A stretch of 64,000 bases of DNA from Barthelona sp. PCE (taxonomy: Eukaryota). The position numbers and the translations under genes were made by a program. Shown here one piece after another: positions 50,219 through 60,440 of the stretch; position 1 is the first letter of the stretch; each line of letters opens with the position of its first letter. The stretch lies in assembly GCA_040285745.1 (NCBI GenBank), contig JAUFOR010000006.1:434001-498000 (forward strand). The letters run 5' to 3'. A model generated the notes under the pieces. It was not told the origin of the DNA and did no database searches. It was given only the letters and a program-made list of their open reading frames with translations.

Positions 50219-51523
50219 TTATTCTTCTCCTTTATAAACAGGAACAAAATGTTTGAGTTCATTCATTAAATGATGAGTCTTCTCATAATCAAACAGATCA
50301 AAAGTCTTTTCGGCTTGCATATCAAATATTTCATAATTTTTTTGTTTAATATACTTCGATATACGTTCTTCTGTACTGCTATTAGAGAACCAAACTGGAA
50401 CAACTTTAGGCAATGAAGGTTCATAAGGTATTAATTCCAACAAATCATCCAGCAACGATCTATCTTCAGTATCAGTTCTACTTGCACTCTTAAACTCATG
50501 CAATTTAATATTTTGATGATTAGATTCATCAATTACTTTTGCTATTTCAGGTTGAAATTCAGAACTGAAGAGTAATTTAAAGAAATCATTTTCGATCAAT
50601 TTTGCCAACATAACTATACTCTCCATTAAGTAGACATTACCTTGAAACAATCGTTCAATTGAAAATAATTTGTTTTTATCAATTTGATCGCATTCAGGGA
50701 GAAAAGAATTAAGATAATTGATCTTTTCTTGTGGTAATAATCTGATGAAAGTGAAGGAATTTGCATGTTGAAACAAGTATGATAGTTTTTCTTGGTGTAA
50801 TACAGTTGTACTACCTTCTACATGATTAGGAAAACAATGTGTGAGCCCAGGGAAATTGATCTGCCCTGTTACTAATGATAGATGTTTGTTTAATGAAGTG
50901 GATTGTAAGTGTTCACCCCATTGCAATCCTGCCAGTTTTCTTGTTAATTCTTTTGTTCTGCTCCTCATAAGAGTAGACATTGTCTCTATTATGGGTTTTA
51001 ATTCTGTTTTCTGAACAGTCTTTCTCAGTTTATCAAACAATTCAGTGTTGAATGTTTTTGCTAGTTGTGATTTCTTTTCAATTATAACAACTTCTTCTTC
51101 TTCTTCCTCTTGCTTAGGTTCATCTTTCTTAAAAAATGGTGATAATGTTTTCTGTTTAGGATGAGAAGCAATATTTTTCCGCAATTTATCCCTTCGTGAA
51201 AAAGCAGATTTTTTTTTCAATGGTTTCCGCTTCTTAGTTACGTTGGCACGTTGTAACATTACCTTGTGTCCTGGCGAAAATGATAATTCTGGTTCCCATT
51301 CCGCCAAAAGGTTTTGTTTTGCAATAAAACCGTGTTGTGATGTTATGTGATCTTTTAGCTTGCTTTTGGATGTAAAAAATTGGTTGCATGCTCTGGATGC
51401 CTGTTTTTTGTTTAAAGAAGGTAAGCGACATACCCAACATTCTCCAGAATCATATACATGTTGAGATGGGGGTGCAACAGACTGAAGATCACCTCTAAAT
51501 TTCGATAGGCGCTTCGGTTTCAT
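50219..51523 (-). CDS. Hypothetical protein with N-terminal C2H2-like zinc finger
   Basis: CWVC...C...F.SKSKLKDHITSQH; basic tracts. Confidence 0.65.
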   Translation of the reverse strand: MKPKRLSKFRGDLQSVAPPSQHVYDSGECWVCRLPSLNKKQASRACNQFFTSKSKLKDHITSQHGFIAKQNLLAEWEPELSFSPGHKVMLQRANVTKKRKPLKKKSAFSRRDKLRKNIASHPKQKTLSPFFKKDEPKQEEEEEEVVIIEKKSQLAKTFNTELFDKLRKTVQKTELKPIIETMSTLMRSRTKELTRKLAGLQWGEHLQSTSLNKHLSLVTGQINFPGLTHCFPNHVEGSTTVLHQEKLSYLFQHANSFTFIRLLPQEKINYLNSFLPECDQIDKNKLFSIERLFQGNVYLMESIVMLAKLIENDFFKLLFSSEFQPEIAKVIDESNHQNIKLHEFKSASRTDTEDRSLLDDLLELIPYEPSLPKVVPVWFSNSSTEERISKYIKQKNYEIFDMQAEKTFDLFDYEKTHHLMNELKHFVPVYKGEE

Positions 51524-51867
51524 CTCTGTGAAGTGTAATGAGCACAGAAGAAACGCAAAACGATGTAAAGAGTGTTCTTAGCAAATACAAGTTTTTTTTC
51601 GCCTGTGTAGTGCGGATTCGGAATATTATCGTTACCCACCGTGAAAAATGATCCACAAAATGATCGTTAAGGTATAAATGATTGTATATCGCATTTTAGT
51701 GGTATTTAAAAATATTAGCTCAACATACATGGGTAATACATACATTTAAACGTACCTGGTATACGTGCAATTGACTTTAATTCGTGATTGATATGATTTA
51801 TTTTTTGGTTTCTTTTAAGGGATTTTGACAAATTTGTTTCAGTAATCTGAAGCATTATTTCCGACAG

Positions 51868-51896
51868 GTAAGTATGAACGAACTCTTTTCCACCAG
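51868..51896 (+). other. Candidate 29-nt intron in the 5' UTR of the RMND5-like gene
   Basis: CAG|GTAAGT perfect donor; CTCTTTTCCACCAG acceptor. Confidence 0.45.
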
Positions 51897-51964
51897 TTTG
51901 GGGTTTGGGCTGTCTTCAAGTTTCTATCCTCTTTCAAGTTTCCAGGGACAAATAGCAGTTTCCA

Positions 51965-53074
51965 ATGTTCCCAACAATTCCCAGACTGCAAAAGCGTGTC
52001 AATTTCGCCAAGCAAACTCTTCAAAATAGTCCTAAGAGTTTACAATCAGTTTTAAACAAGGTTTCAGCTTTGAACCGTCGCTACAAGGACGGTAAGCTCA
52101 CCCGAGAACAATATGCTGAGAAGGTTAAGAAGCCATCCCGTGATGTACGCAATATATCACAGGCTCTTGGTCAGATGCCCCAGCTCCTCACTACAATCAA
52201 AGTTTCTGATGTCGAGGCTGCTTCCAAGTCCCCAAGCACCGTCACAGGTCTTATTAGTGATGAAGCTCTTCGCGACTGTACCTATAAGGGAATAACTGAT
52301 TATTTATTGAGATCAACCAAGCCAATTATTGGTGATAATTTTGCAACTAACGCTGAACTGGACAAGGATGAATACAACATGGACTTTCTGCGTAAAGAAG
52401 CAATGATTGTTGATTCTATTCAATCTGGTGATTATGGACCACTTTTAAGATTTATGAACAACAACCAAAAACATTTTGATTTTGGCGCAGAAGGTTTCGG
52501 ATTCTGGATGAATGTTCATACTCGTCTTTATATTATTATGATAGAACATGGAGAATTTAGAAATGCCATAACATTCTTAAAGGAAAGTTTTTTGCAACAT
52601 TTTAAAACTTGCACTGAACATATCAAAAAACTGATTCGCCTTCTTATATTTGGCGACCGTATGCATCTGAGCCCTTTATATGAGAGTTTAAACAGTACAA
52701 CTAACCCTGACGTCATTATTGCATCTTTCCGTCTTCTTTATGCAAAGTTCGGCAACGTAGCAAAGGAACCACCACTGCAGGTACTCATTAAGAACGGATT
52801 GGAGCACATTAAGGACGTGAACGATCATCATAGTGCAGGTATTACTACTGCTGCTATTCCAAATATGTTTGTCGATGTAACAACATCTTTCCATTCCCAT
52901 TTTATCTGTCCGTTCACAAAGTGTAGTTCAGCAAACCCTGTTATGTTGAAGTGTGGTCATGTTGTCGCTGAGGATGCTGTTTCTATGATGTCTAATAGAG
53001 GAAGACGTTGTCCCATCTGTTCGCAATCTTTTAACAGTGGTTCTCACATTCCAATTGATCTTAATAAAATCTAA
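51965..53074 (+). CDS. CTLH/GID complex RING subunit, RMND5/Gid2-like
   Basis: LisH/CTLH/CRA-like helices; FHSHFICP...NPVMLKCGHV...RCPIC degenerate RING. Confidence 0.85.
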   Translation: MFPTIPRLQKRVNFAKQTLQNSPKSLQSVLNKVSALNRRYKDGKLTREQYAEKVKKPSRDVRNISQALGQMPQLLTTIKVSDVEAASKSPSTVTGLISDEALRDCTYKGITDYLLRSTKPIIGDNFATNAELDKDEYNMDFLRKEAMIVDSIQSGDYGPLLRFMNNNQKHFDFGAEGFGFWMNVHTRLYIIMIEHGEFRNAITFLKESFLQHFKTCTEHIKKLIRLLIFGDRMHLSPLYESLNSTTNPDVIIASFRLLYAKFGNVAKEPPLQVLIKNGLEHIKDVNDHHSAGITTAAIPNMFVDVTTSFHSHFICPFTKCSSANPVMLKCGHVVAEDAVSMMSNRGRRCPICSQSFNSGSHIPIDLNKI

Positions 53075-53089
53075 GAGAGGTTTACTAAT

Positions 53090-54541
53090 CTAAAAAAATT
53101 TAGAGTGACTTTCTTTTTTGCTGAAGAATGTTTTATATAACATAGCCATTACTCCAGCAATAACAAACAGATAGAACAGCACAGAGATAGCGCTGGGACC
53201 CTCTGTGAGTTTATCAGCTGCTGTTGAACTGTGAGTTTTTATGTAATGTAATTCCTGTGCAATGTTACTTATTGAGCTGGTTAAACGGTCAATTTTATCA
53301 GTTAAACTACTGACATCGACACTGATCGAGTCAAGCTTGGTACTTGAAAGACGTTGTGATCCTTTAATGTTACTGATTTCATCCGACATAATTTTTAACT
53401 TACCTCCTAATAATTCCCTGTTATTATCACCATTTCCACGCATGAGGTTCAGGTCGTTGCTAAGTTCATCGATCTTTGAGTTCAACAGTTGACGGTATTC
53501 CTTAGCAGCGTTAATATGTGCGTTCAACGGTGCAATTACCTTTTCAATCTTCATGAGCTCATCCATCACAACGTCTGGAACATCAACAGTGATAATTGGT
53601 TCAGAAGGAATAGCAGCAGTTGTTTTTTTGATCTTTGAGATCTCAACTGGATTGGGTTTCTCCATTTCCTTCTGTTTCTCCTCAATTTTTTTAACCAACT
53701 CGTTGTCGGCCTTTGCAGGTTCTTCCTCCTTAGTTTCCTCATCACCGTCATCTTCATAGTCCGAGAAATGGTTATTAACCACATCATTTTCTTTTTCTTT
53801 TTCTTTTTCGTCATGAACATGCATTTTCACATAATTGAGCTGGTGGATGTCAGCGACGTCACCAGTGGCAGCAGTTACACCGACGTGGAATGCTTCAGGA
53901 AGAACAACATCACCAACACCACATTCGACAAAAGCACCATCAGTTTTGTATTGTAATCTTAACCTGTTTTCTTTAATAGTTACGCGTACTGTGAATTCTG
54001 GTGCGTTTCTGAAGTGAACACGGCACCCAAAAGCTTCATTTGACATATTATCATCATCAACACTGTAATCGATAGTTCCATCATTTGAAAAAACTTGAAG
54101 ACGGGGAAGTAGATTAAAATTAGATCTAGAATTGGGGAAATCATCAATTATAATTGCTGTACCTACGAATCGAGTTGGTCCACCCATAGTAGTGCCTTGA
54201 TCCATGCGATCACTCAACCACACAGCCATACCATCTCCACCAGAAAGTTTGGCACCGTGGATTGACATGCTAACATCCATATCGAATGATTTTGATTCAA
54301 CTTTATCTGTATTCCAAACGTAACCAACTCTGTTTGTTTGTAAACTTGTAATAAAGACTTTGTTTTGATCCCACACTACCGAGCCGCCTGATAGCCAGTT
54401 TTTAGGGTACGAGCGAAAGGCACCATGAAGAAAAGGTGCTTCTAAGTTACGATTTGGTGGAGTTCCCAATGCACAAGCGATTAATGCGCAAAACAACACG
54501 AACAACCGATATATGTGCGTTTTTTTATGAGACAAAGCCAT
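53090..54541 (-). CDS. L-type lectin cargo receptor, ERGIC-53/LMAN1-like
   Basis: Signal peptide, GDGMAVW, G.TAATG..AD.H, coiled coil, TM, C-terminal SKFF export motif. Confidence 0.88.
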   Translation of the reverse strand: MALSHKKTHIYRLFVLFCALIACALGTPPNRNLEAPFLHGAFRSYPKNWLSGGSVVWDQNKVFITSLQTNRVGYVWNTDKVESKSFDMDVSMSIHGAKLSGGDGMAVWLSDRMDQGTTMGGPTRFVGTAIIIDDFPNSRSNFNLLPRLQVFSNDGTIDYSVDDDNMSNEAFGCRVHFRNAPEFTVRVTIKENRLRLQYKTDGAFVECGVGDVVLPEAFHVGVTAATGDVADIHQLNYVKMHVHDEKEKEKENDVVNNHFSDYEDDGDEETKEEEPAKADNELVKKIEEKQKEMEKPNPVEISKIKKTTAAIPSEPIITVDVPDVVMDELMKIEKVIAPLNAHINAAKEYRQLLNSKIDELSNDLNLMRGNGDNNRELLGGKLKIMSDEISNIKGSQRLSSTKLDSISVDVSSLTDKIDRLTSSISNIAQELHYIKTHSSTAADKLTEGPSAISVLFYLFVIAGVMAMLYKTFFSKKESHSKFF

Positions 54542-54619
54542 TAAAAAACTTTAAAAAACTTGAATTTGAAGAAAAAACGAAAAACGAACATTCTTGTTTA
54601 CTTAGATAAAATAAATTAA

Positions 54620-55894
54620 TTACTCTTGGATAACAACACGCACTTCCTCGGTTCCATCAAGCAAACCCTCAGAAGAAGCAGCAGTTAAAGAGCACTGAAC
54701 GTGAGCTTCTTCATCACTTTCGGCTAAATGAGATTGCATTGAACATTGGAACTCCACAGACTCGGGTGTGCACAGATGGACGTTAACTGCACCACTATTC
54801 TCCTCCTTTAATAGTCTCTTCTCCAACAAAAGGCCAATATCATGAGCTTCCTGCAAAGGCATGTCTTTATGTAGCATGATGCCCACATCGATGGTGTTTG
54901 TTGATCCATGAGAGAATACAACTAACCGTTCGAGACCTAAGATCCGTTCATCGAATGTTGTGACAATATAAGCGATTTTGGCATGCTGTTTGGCATCAAC
55001 ACGGACACCTATGAGGCCGGATGCGTGTTCTGAAGCAGTTTCAAACCATGTGTAAAAGATAAATATTGAGAAGAGAATAGCACCAACTGGATCAAGCCAC
55101 CATTGCCAAATAGAACCCAAGTATGCACAGACGCCACCAAAAACGTTAGTGATGACATCGTTACGATGATCCTGAGCGAGTGCTTCGGCAGCAGTAGAAC
55201 CTTTTTCAGCAAGTGAATTACAATAAATAAAAAGAATGAGTTTAGCGAGTGCAACACCTATAATGATCAAGAAAGATGTTAAAGTGAATTCTGCGGTAGC
55301 TTTTTCTAATAACTGATTCACAGCGCTTAGAATGACTTCCAAACTTAACGCACCCATTAGTGTAGAAAAGATAACTACAGAGAGAGGCTCAATACGCGAT
55401 TTTCCTGAAGGGAATTTTAATTGATGAGTGGGCTTTTTCGATGAAACAAAGATTGAAGCAATGAAAAGGACTAAACCACTTAAAAGATCAACACATGAAT
55501 CCAAAAGGGAAGCAAGGATGACAATGGAGCCAGAGAAATAGAAAATGATTGCCTTGGTTATGAGAAGAATAATGTTAACAACAAGACTTACTGTTGAAGC
55601 TTTTTTGCTACGCTCTTCGCTTTCACGTGCTTCGTTCTCGATATCTTCATTAGAACGAGATTCTGCGATAAGAAATTCAATAAATTCAATGCCTTCTTGC
55701 ACTGATGCACGTGGTTTACCCTCCTTGTTATTCAACTCCTCTTTGAGGTGGTCTAGGCGGTGCTTGAGGCACTTGGCGTTCGTATGGTTGCAGAATTGAT
55801 CGTTCTCGTCGTTTTTAAGATGGCCATTACAATCAATGCATTCAATTGGTGCCAACCTAAAGGCGTCCTTTCTTAAATGCTCCCTGTGTGACAT
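54620..55894 (-). CDS. Cation diffusion facilitator, Mn-CDF (MTP8-11-like)
   Basis: ASLLDSCVDLLSG and AQDHRNDV (DxxxD sites), P.GK.R.EP, DP.GAI, EAHDIG. Confidence 0.9.
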   Translation of the reverse strand: MSHREHLRKDAFRLAPIECIDCNGHLKNDENDQFCNHTNAKCLKHRLDHLKEELNNKEGKPRASVQEGIEFIEFLIAESRSNEDIENEARESEERSKKASTVSLVVNIILLITKAIIFYFSGSIVILASLLDSCVDLLSGLVLFIASIFVSSKKPTHQLKFPSGKSRIEPLSVVIFSTLMGALSLEVILSAVNQLLEKATAEFTLTSFLIIIGVALAKLILFIYCNSLAEKGSTAAEALAQDHRNDVITNVFGGVCAYLGSIWQWWLDPVGAILFSIFIFYTWFETASEHASGLIGVRVDAKQHAKIAYIVTTFDERILGLERLVVFSHGSTNTIDVGIMLHKDMPLQEAHDIGLLLEKRLLKEENSGAVNVHLCTPESVEFQCSMQSHLAESDEEAHVQCSLTAASSEGLLDGTEEVRVVIQE

Positions 55895-55919
55895 AGAATG
55901 TGGTCAAATACACAGAAGT

Positions 55920-55932
55920 ACTGAAAAGGGAT
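55920..55932 (-). promoter_or_regulatory. Candidate core-promoter element ATCCCTTTTCAGT
   Basis: Identical 13-mer upstream of the exportin gene (59866-59878, minus strand). Confidence 0.45.
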
Positions 55933-56132
55933 AAAGTTTCGGTTACGAATTGATGATCTGATATCATCTTTTTCTACCATTGTACACTTTGCAAAACCAC
56001 CAAAACCACCCGAACTGGATCAAAACAAAGATAAAAACATTAACTGAGCATAGAACAATAACAAGTACAATTCTTTACAGAATGAGGTTGAATTAGTGCT
56101 GTGTGAATCACATTAAACCATGGCACGCCCCC

Positions 56133-56387
56133 CTATTCGTACTTAGCCTTAAGCTCTTCAACAAGAGCAATATATCCAGCACCAGCCTCTTCTTGGCTGA
56201 TTCCCTTCTTTCCGTTCCAGGCGTTCCACTTAGCGCGATCCCTCATCTTTAATCGACCAGGCTGAGGGATGTTAACATCACCAACGGTATGTTGTTTGTA
56301 AAGAGCGTAGAGCTCAAGCATCTCGTTCTTCGAGGGCTGGGTGGGGAGCTCGTTCACCATTTCAACGGCGGCTTCAAATGTAGTCAT
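56133..56387 (-). CDS. ACBP: Acyl-CoA-binding protein
   Basis: LELYALYKQ.TVGD, RAKWNAW...KG.S.EEA...YI. Confidence 0.95.
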   Translation of the reverse strand: MTTFEAAVEMVNELPTQPSKNEMLELYALYKQHTVGDVNIPQPGRLKMRDRAKWNAWNGKKGISQEEAGAGYIALVEELKAKYE

Positions 56388-56533
56388 TGTTAAAGTATGA
56401 GTTTTGGGAGAGAAAACAGAAACAAAAAGCCACGTTTAATATCATTATTTGTACTTCACAGAGGATTATCTGATGTAAAATAGTCTTTTCTTACGGATCA
56501 AACATCAAAAACCTCATTCAAAGCAATTTTAAT

Positions 56534-59500
56534 CTAAAAAACTTTATTCTCGTTCGTTTCAGCAGCCAATGTTTTTTTAAACGTAATGATGACGTGCTTT
56601 GTCGTGGAACTACAGTTGACCAAATCTTTCGTTGGATCAGCAAAAACTTGATCAAAATCAGGCAAATTCTTCTCATAGCGTTCGAAAAATGTTGAATAAA
56701 AATCAACTTCAACTGTTGGCTTGCTGAAAACACCGTCATCCTCAGTCTCTACTGTCTCACACTTACACATACATAACAACAATGATGAAATGGGTTGGAA
56801 CAGTGTGTACTTTGCATTATCTAACTCATAGATGGTTATAAAGCATAGCAAAAGGAACAGGTCAGTCATTGCTACCCTTATCTCATCAAAATTAAGCTCA
56901 TTAACTTTGTTAAAATTCATGTTGAAAGAAGTTGCTATCATGAAATTGCGCACGTCCTCCTCCTCATGTATGTACGAATAGTAGTTCTTCCACAAGTTCT
57001 GTGCCATGTGGTGCACATAAACAGCAATATCTGCGATAAGATTTTGATTTTGAACCTGAACAAAGAACCCTCTTGACCATTCCAGAGCTAACAGAGCCAA
57101 CTGGGGCACAGTCTTGATGATAACTGTTGTGTTACTACCTGGGTCAGCTTGTTTAAACATTGTACCAAACATATCTACCAATGAAGCAGTGAATTCAGGA
57201 TATTCCATAAAGATACCAATATCAATAACAGAATACATTTCTAGAAGTTTACCGAGGAAGATGTCAAGACAATCGTCATTGAAAGACTCGAATAAACCGC
57301 ATGAAACAAGCTGAGCAGAGAATATGTTCTTCAACAAGTATTGAATAGCAGTAAGAATTGGAATTGTGCCTTCAATAAAGTTTTCGTCATCCGCTCCGTA
57401 TGAATCTATGTTCTGTATGAAAGGACACGTGTCAATTATGATGGAGATTACGGTAATGGAAAACTTGAATAAAGAGACACGGCAACTCTCCGGTAGCATC
57501 GTCAAACGGCTCATCTTGTTATGGGACATACCCTTCAACCAATCCAGTATGGATACAGCAACATCAACACATGACTTTGACTCCTCACAAACGAATTCCT
57601 GAGTGAACTGAATAAACGCATCGTAACATTGCTCCATGAAGCGAACAAACATGATGAAGACCTTCTTGCCGGTGTTACCACGATCAGGTAGAAAAGATTG
57701 CAAAACACCAGTTAGATCAAGACTAATTTGAATTACTTCACTTGCTGAACTGATTGACTCTATGCGATCGCCAAAGATAAAAAGAAATCGGTAAACAATA
57801 TCTGTCATGTTAAGCGCCTGCATTACACGGGAGATCATACAATATAAAGTAGGTCTTATATGATAGTAATCAGGGTCAGCAATGATGGGAAAAGCTTCAC
57901 CATTAGCGGAATGTAATGAAAGGAGATCTGGGATCAATTCACTGTCATTCAGCACGGAGAAAACTGCTGCTGAGCACCAATCATCTAGTACACGCAACGC
58001 ATATTCGATTATAACAATATGTTCAGCATCGTAAAACTTTAATAAATTAAAGAGATAGAAAGCAGGAGCACTAGCATAGTCCAGCTCTGATTCAAAGACA
58101 TTAGACTTGTCGATAAGTGTCTTCCGTTCATTGGCGTGCAAAAATTTGTTTCTCACCATCGACCACAAAGAGATGATTGAGAAATCCAATTGAGGGAGCA
58201 TTTCACACGGCTCAATGTCATTCCTGAGGACAACAACCTTGTTATACATTAAAGCAAAGAAGTGAACGTTGTTGGGTTTATCGGATGTTGCATGGTAGCT
58301 TGAACATACGTTTTCTATGATAGAAGAGATGAGAAGGATGCAAAGGGAGTAATGTGCAACGTCATCTTCACTAGTGACATCAAATTCACCTCTATAAAAC
58401 CAAAACTCTTCAAGAATATCTTTAAATCTGTTGTAGAATCTCTTCATACATTTTGCAAGCTTCTTTGTGCAATCAACAAAACCCTCTAGATCATTCTCAA
58501 GCCAGTTATAGGTGTCATATGTTTCTAGAAAAGCAGTTACCAGATTAATCCAGTGCTCGAAAGAGTTATCGAAAAAAGATTGGACAGCAGGGGTAGAAAC
58601 ACCCAATATATGTGATAAACCTTCGAAAACAGAATTCATAGCATTGAAATTCTTGGACTTAACAACGCCTAACAAAAACCCATTTGCTAGACTATCAAAA
58701 AATTCATTAAACGAATCACTAGCTAGTTCATCACATGATCTCTGGAAGATTTTCTGTGATAATTTTGAAGCTACAAACATTAATGATTCACTTTCAAGTA
58801 TACTATCATGATTGTAAATTTCCATGATGAATTTCAAAGATTCACTTAAAAAAACATTACTGCCGCCGTACATTGCTTGTGTGTTCGGATATGTAGTTGA
58901 TTTTTTACCAAGATTACAAATTGGAATGAGTAATTTAATAATTTTTTTCCGTAGGTTATTACCTTCCTTATAAGAAAGATCAAACTCTTGACAAAACAAC
59001 TGACATAAAAACTCAGGTAATTCACATGAATAACGATCATCAACATTTAATATTAAAATATTCCAACTTTCATCCAAACTTAAGCAACGATTATTATCAT
59101 ACATAGCAGAAGTAGATGAAGCACGTCTAAATTGAAAGTCATATTCAAGACAACTAGTGAGAACATCCAAGATATAAGGTAAAATATCGGTATTCTCCAA
59201 TTTATAAAGGAAATCTTTCGCTAATTCAAAAAATGACTGGATAATATGATCATTAAAACGTTGATTTAACATACGGTTTAAAGAAGCAGAAATACAATCT
59301 GTAGATCCAGAAAATGTTTTTGTTATTGAATCAAGCATCAAAAGAAATAAACAATAAATAGCAGATAACATATCATCATCATCTTCTTCTTCCATTTCTC
59401 TAATAGAGGTAACAAAATAACTGATTTCTTCTGTAAAGTTGGTTATGAGATCATTGCTTTGGAAATGGATAACAGTTGCCCATGTGAATTTAGTTAAAAG

Positions 59501-59821
59501 TGCAAATAAATTAACTGCACTTTTTATAATATCTAATTCGAATTCTAGTGCACGGTTGGTGAGGAATTCGAGCAGTATGACACGAAGATTCAATATTTGT
59601 TCATCTGAAACATTGGCAAAATGTGTTTGAACAATGTTTTGTATCGCAACGAAAGAGAATGTAATACATTGCGGTACAGACGAGTTCACCACAACCTCTA
59701 CCCACGCATCAATATGTTCAATACTGGCTGAAAGTTCAAATAGCTCTAGTTGGGATTCATTGGCAGTTTCCCCGCCTGAATACATATCTGTGCACAAATT
59801 TTCAAGTTTTTCGAGTGACAT
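56534..59821 (-). CDS. Karyopherin-beta family, exportin-7/RanBP16-like
   Basis: LEKLENLC..MY N-terminus, L.K..W, CL.YDF; about 1095-aa HEAT solenoid; ATG at 59821. Confidence 0.7.
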   Translation of the reverse strand: MSLEKLENLCTDMYSGGETANESQLELFELSASIEHIDAWVEVVVNSSVPQCITFSFVAIQNIVQTHFANVSDEQILNLRVILLEFLTNRALEFELDIIKSAVNLFALLTKFTWATVIHFQSNDLITNFTEEISYFVTSIREMEEEDDDDMLSAIYCLFLLMLDSITKTFSGSTDCISASLNRMLNQRFNDHIIQSFFELAKDFLYKLENTDILPYILDVLTSCLEYDFQFRRASSTSAMYDNNRCLSLDESWNILILNVDDRYSCELPEFLCQLFCQEFDLSYKEGNNLRKKIIKLLIPICNLGKKSTTYPNTQAMYGGSNVFLSESLKFIMEIYNHDSILESESLMFVASKLSQKIFQRSCDELASDSFNEFFDSLANGFLLGVVKSKNFNAMNSVFEGLSHILGVSTPAVQSFFDNSFEHWINLVTAFLETYDTYNWLENDLEGFVDCTKKLAKCMKRFYNRFKDILEEFWFYRGEFDVTSEDDVAHYSLCILLISSIIENVCSSYHATSDKPNNVHFFALMYNKVVVLRNDIEPCEMLPQLDFSIISLWSMVRNKFLHANERKTLIDKSNVFESELDYASAPAFYLFNLLKFYDAEHIVIIEYALRVLDDWCSAAVFSVLNDSELIPDLLSLHSANGEAFPIIADPDYYHIRPTLYCMISRVMQALNMTDIVYRFLFIFGDRIESISSASEVIQISLDLTGVLQSFLPDRGNTGKKVFIMFVRFMEQCYDAFIQFTQEFVCEESKSCVDVAVSILDWLKGMSHNKMSRLTMLPESCRVSLFKFSITVISIIIDTCPFIQNIDSYGADDENFIEGTIPILTAIQYLLKNIFSAQLVSCGLFESFNDDCLDIFLGKLLEMYSVIDIGIFMEYPEFTASLVDMFGTMFKQADPGSNTTVIIKTVPQLALLALEWSRGFFVQVQNQNLIADIAVYVHHMAQNLWKNYYSYIHEEEDVRNFMIATSFNMNFNKVNELNFDEIRVAMTDLFLLLCFITIYELDNAKYTLFQPISSLLLCMCKCETVETEDDGVFSKPTVEVDFYSTFFERYEKNLPDFDQVFADPTKDLVNCSSTTKHVIITFKKTLAAETNENKVF

Positions 59822-60440
59822 GTTGCGATTCAATCACAAATATGTTCAAGCAAGTTGAAAAGATAACTGAAAAGGGATGAAAAGAAAAGCGCAACTTTAT
59901 GCAGTTTAAAGGTGAAGAGACATCTTTACACACACACTCCCAGACACATTTATCATCACAGTTCTGTTAGGTTTAATTCCAAAAATTGTAGTTATTGAGG
60001 ATTTTTGATACTTTGCTCTCAATTTGACTTTGAAGTATCTCACATTGCAAAAAGCAGGTTAATATCACAAAAAGTTCCAGAAAACCATTTATAGCTATTT
60101 ATAAATTTTCTCAATTAAATTTTCATTACTTTTTTTAATTTGCGTTTGTCCGATACTTTTCAACCGCAAACGTGTCATTTAACAGTGAATATATCGATTG
60201 TATGTATGGGTTTTGAATACATTAAGCTATTAAAGGATGATCTAAAATTTTCAAAAAATATGTTCATCTCAATATTGTTCCAACCCATGAATATCACCGC
60301 TAGTGATTTTTTTGGCCATCGCACACTATGCTAATGTTTGAACATCCAAGACAGTAGATTCAAGCATAATCCCTTTATCACAGTCCTTTTTTGCAGTGTT
60401 TTTATTTTAACTGCTTCCTGATACTTGTCCTATTCAGCCC

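Noticed and set aside
51604..51615. GTGTAGT resembling the U2 branch-pairing sequence
   Set aside because: Next bases deviate from GUAGUAUC and no other U2 features flank it
9126..59821. Functional clustering of nuclear transport (Nup188, RanBP1, exportin), trafficking or ubiquitin genes as one system
   Set aside because: Genes are scattered among unrelated ones; these categories are common in any eukaryotic window
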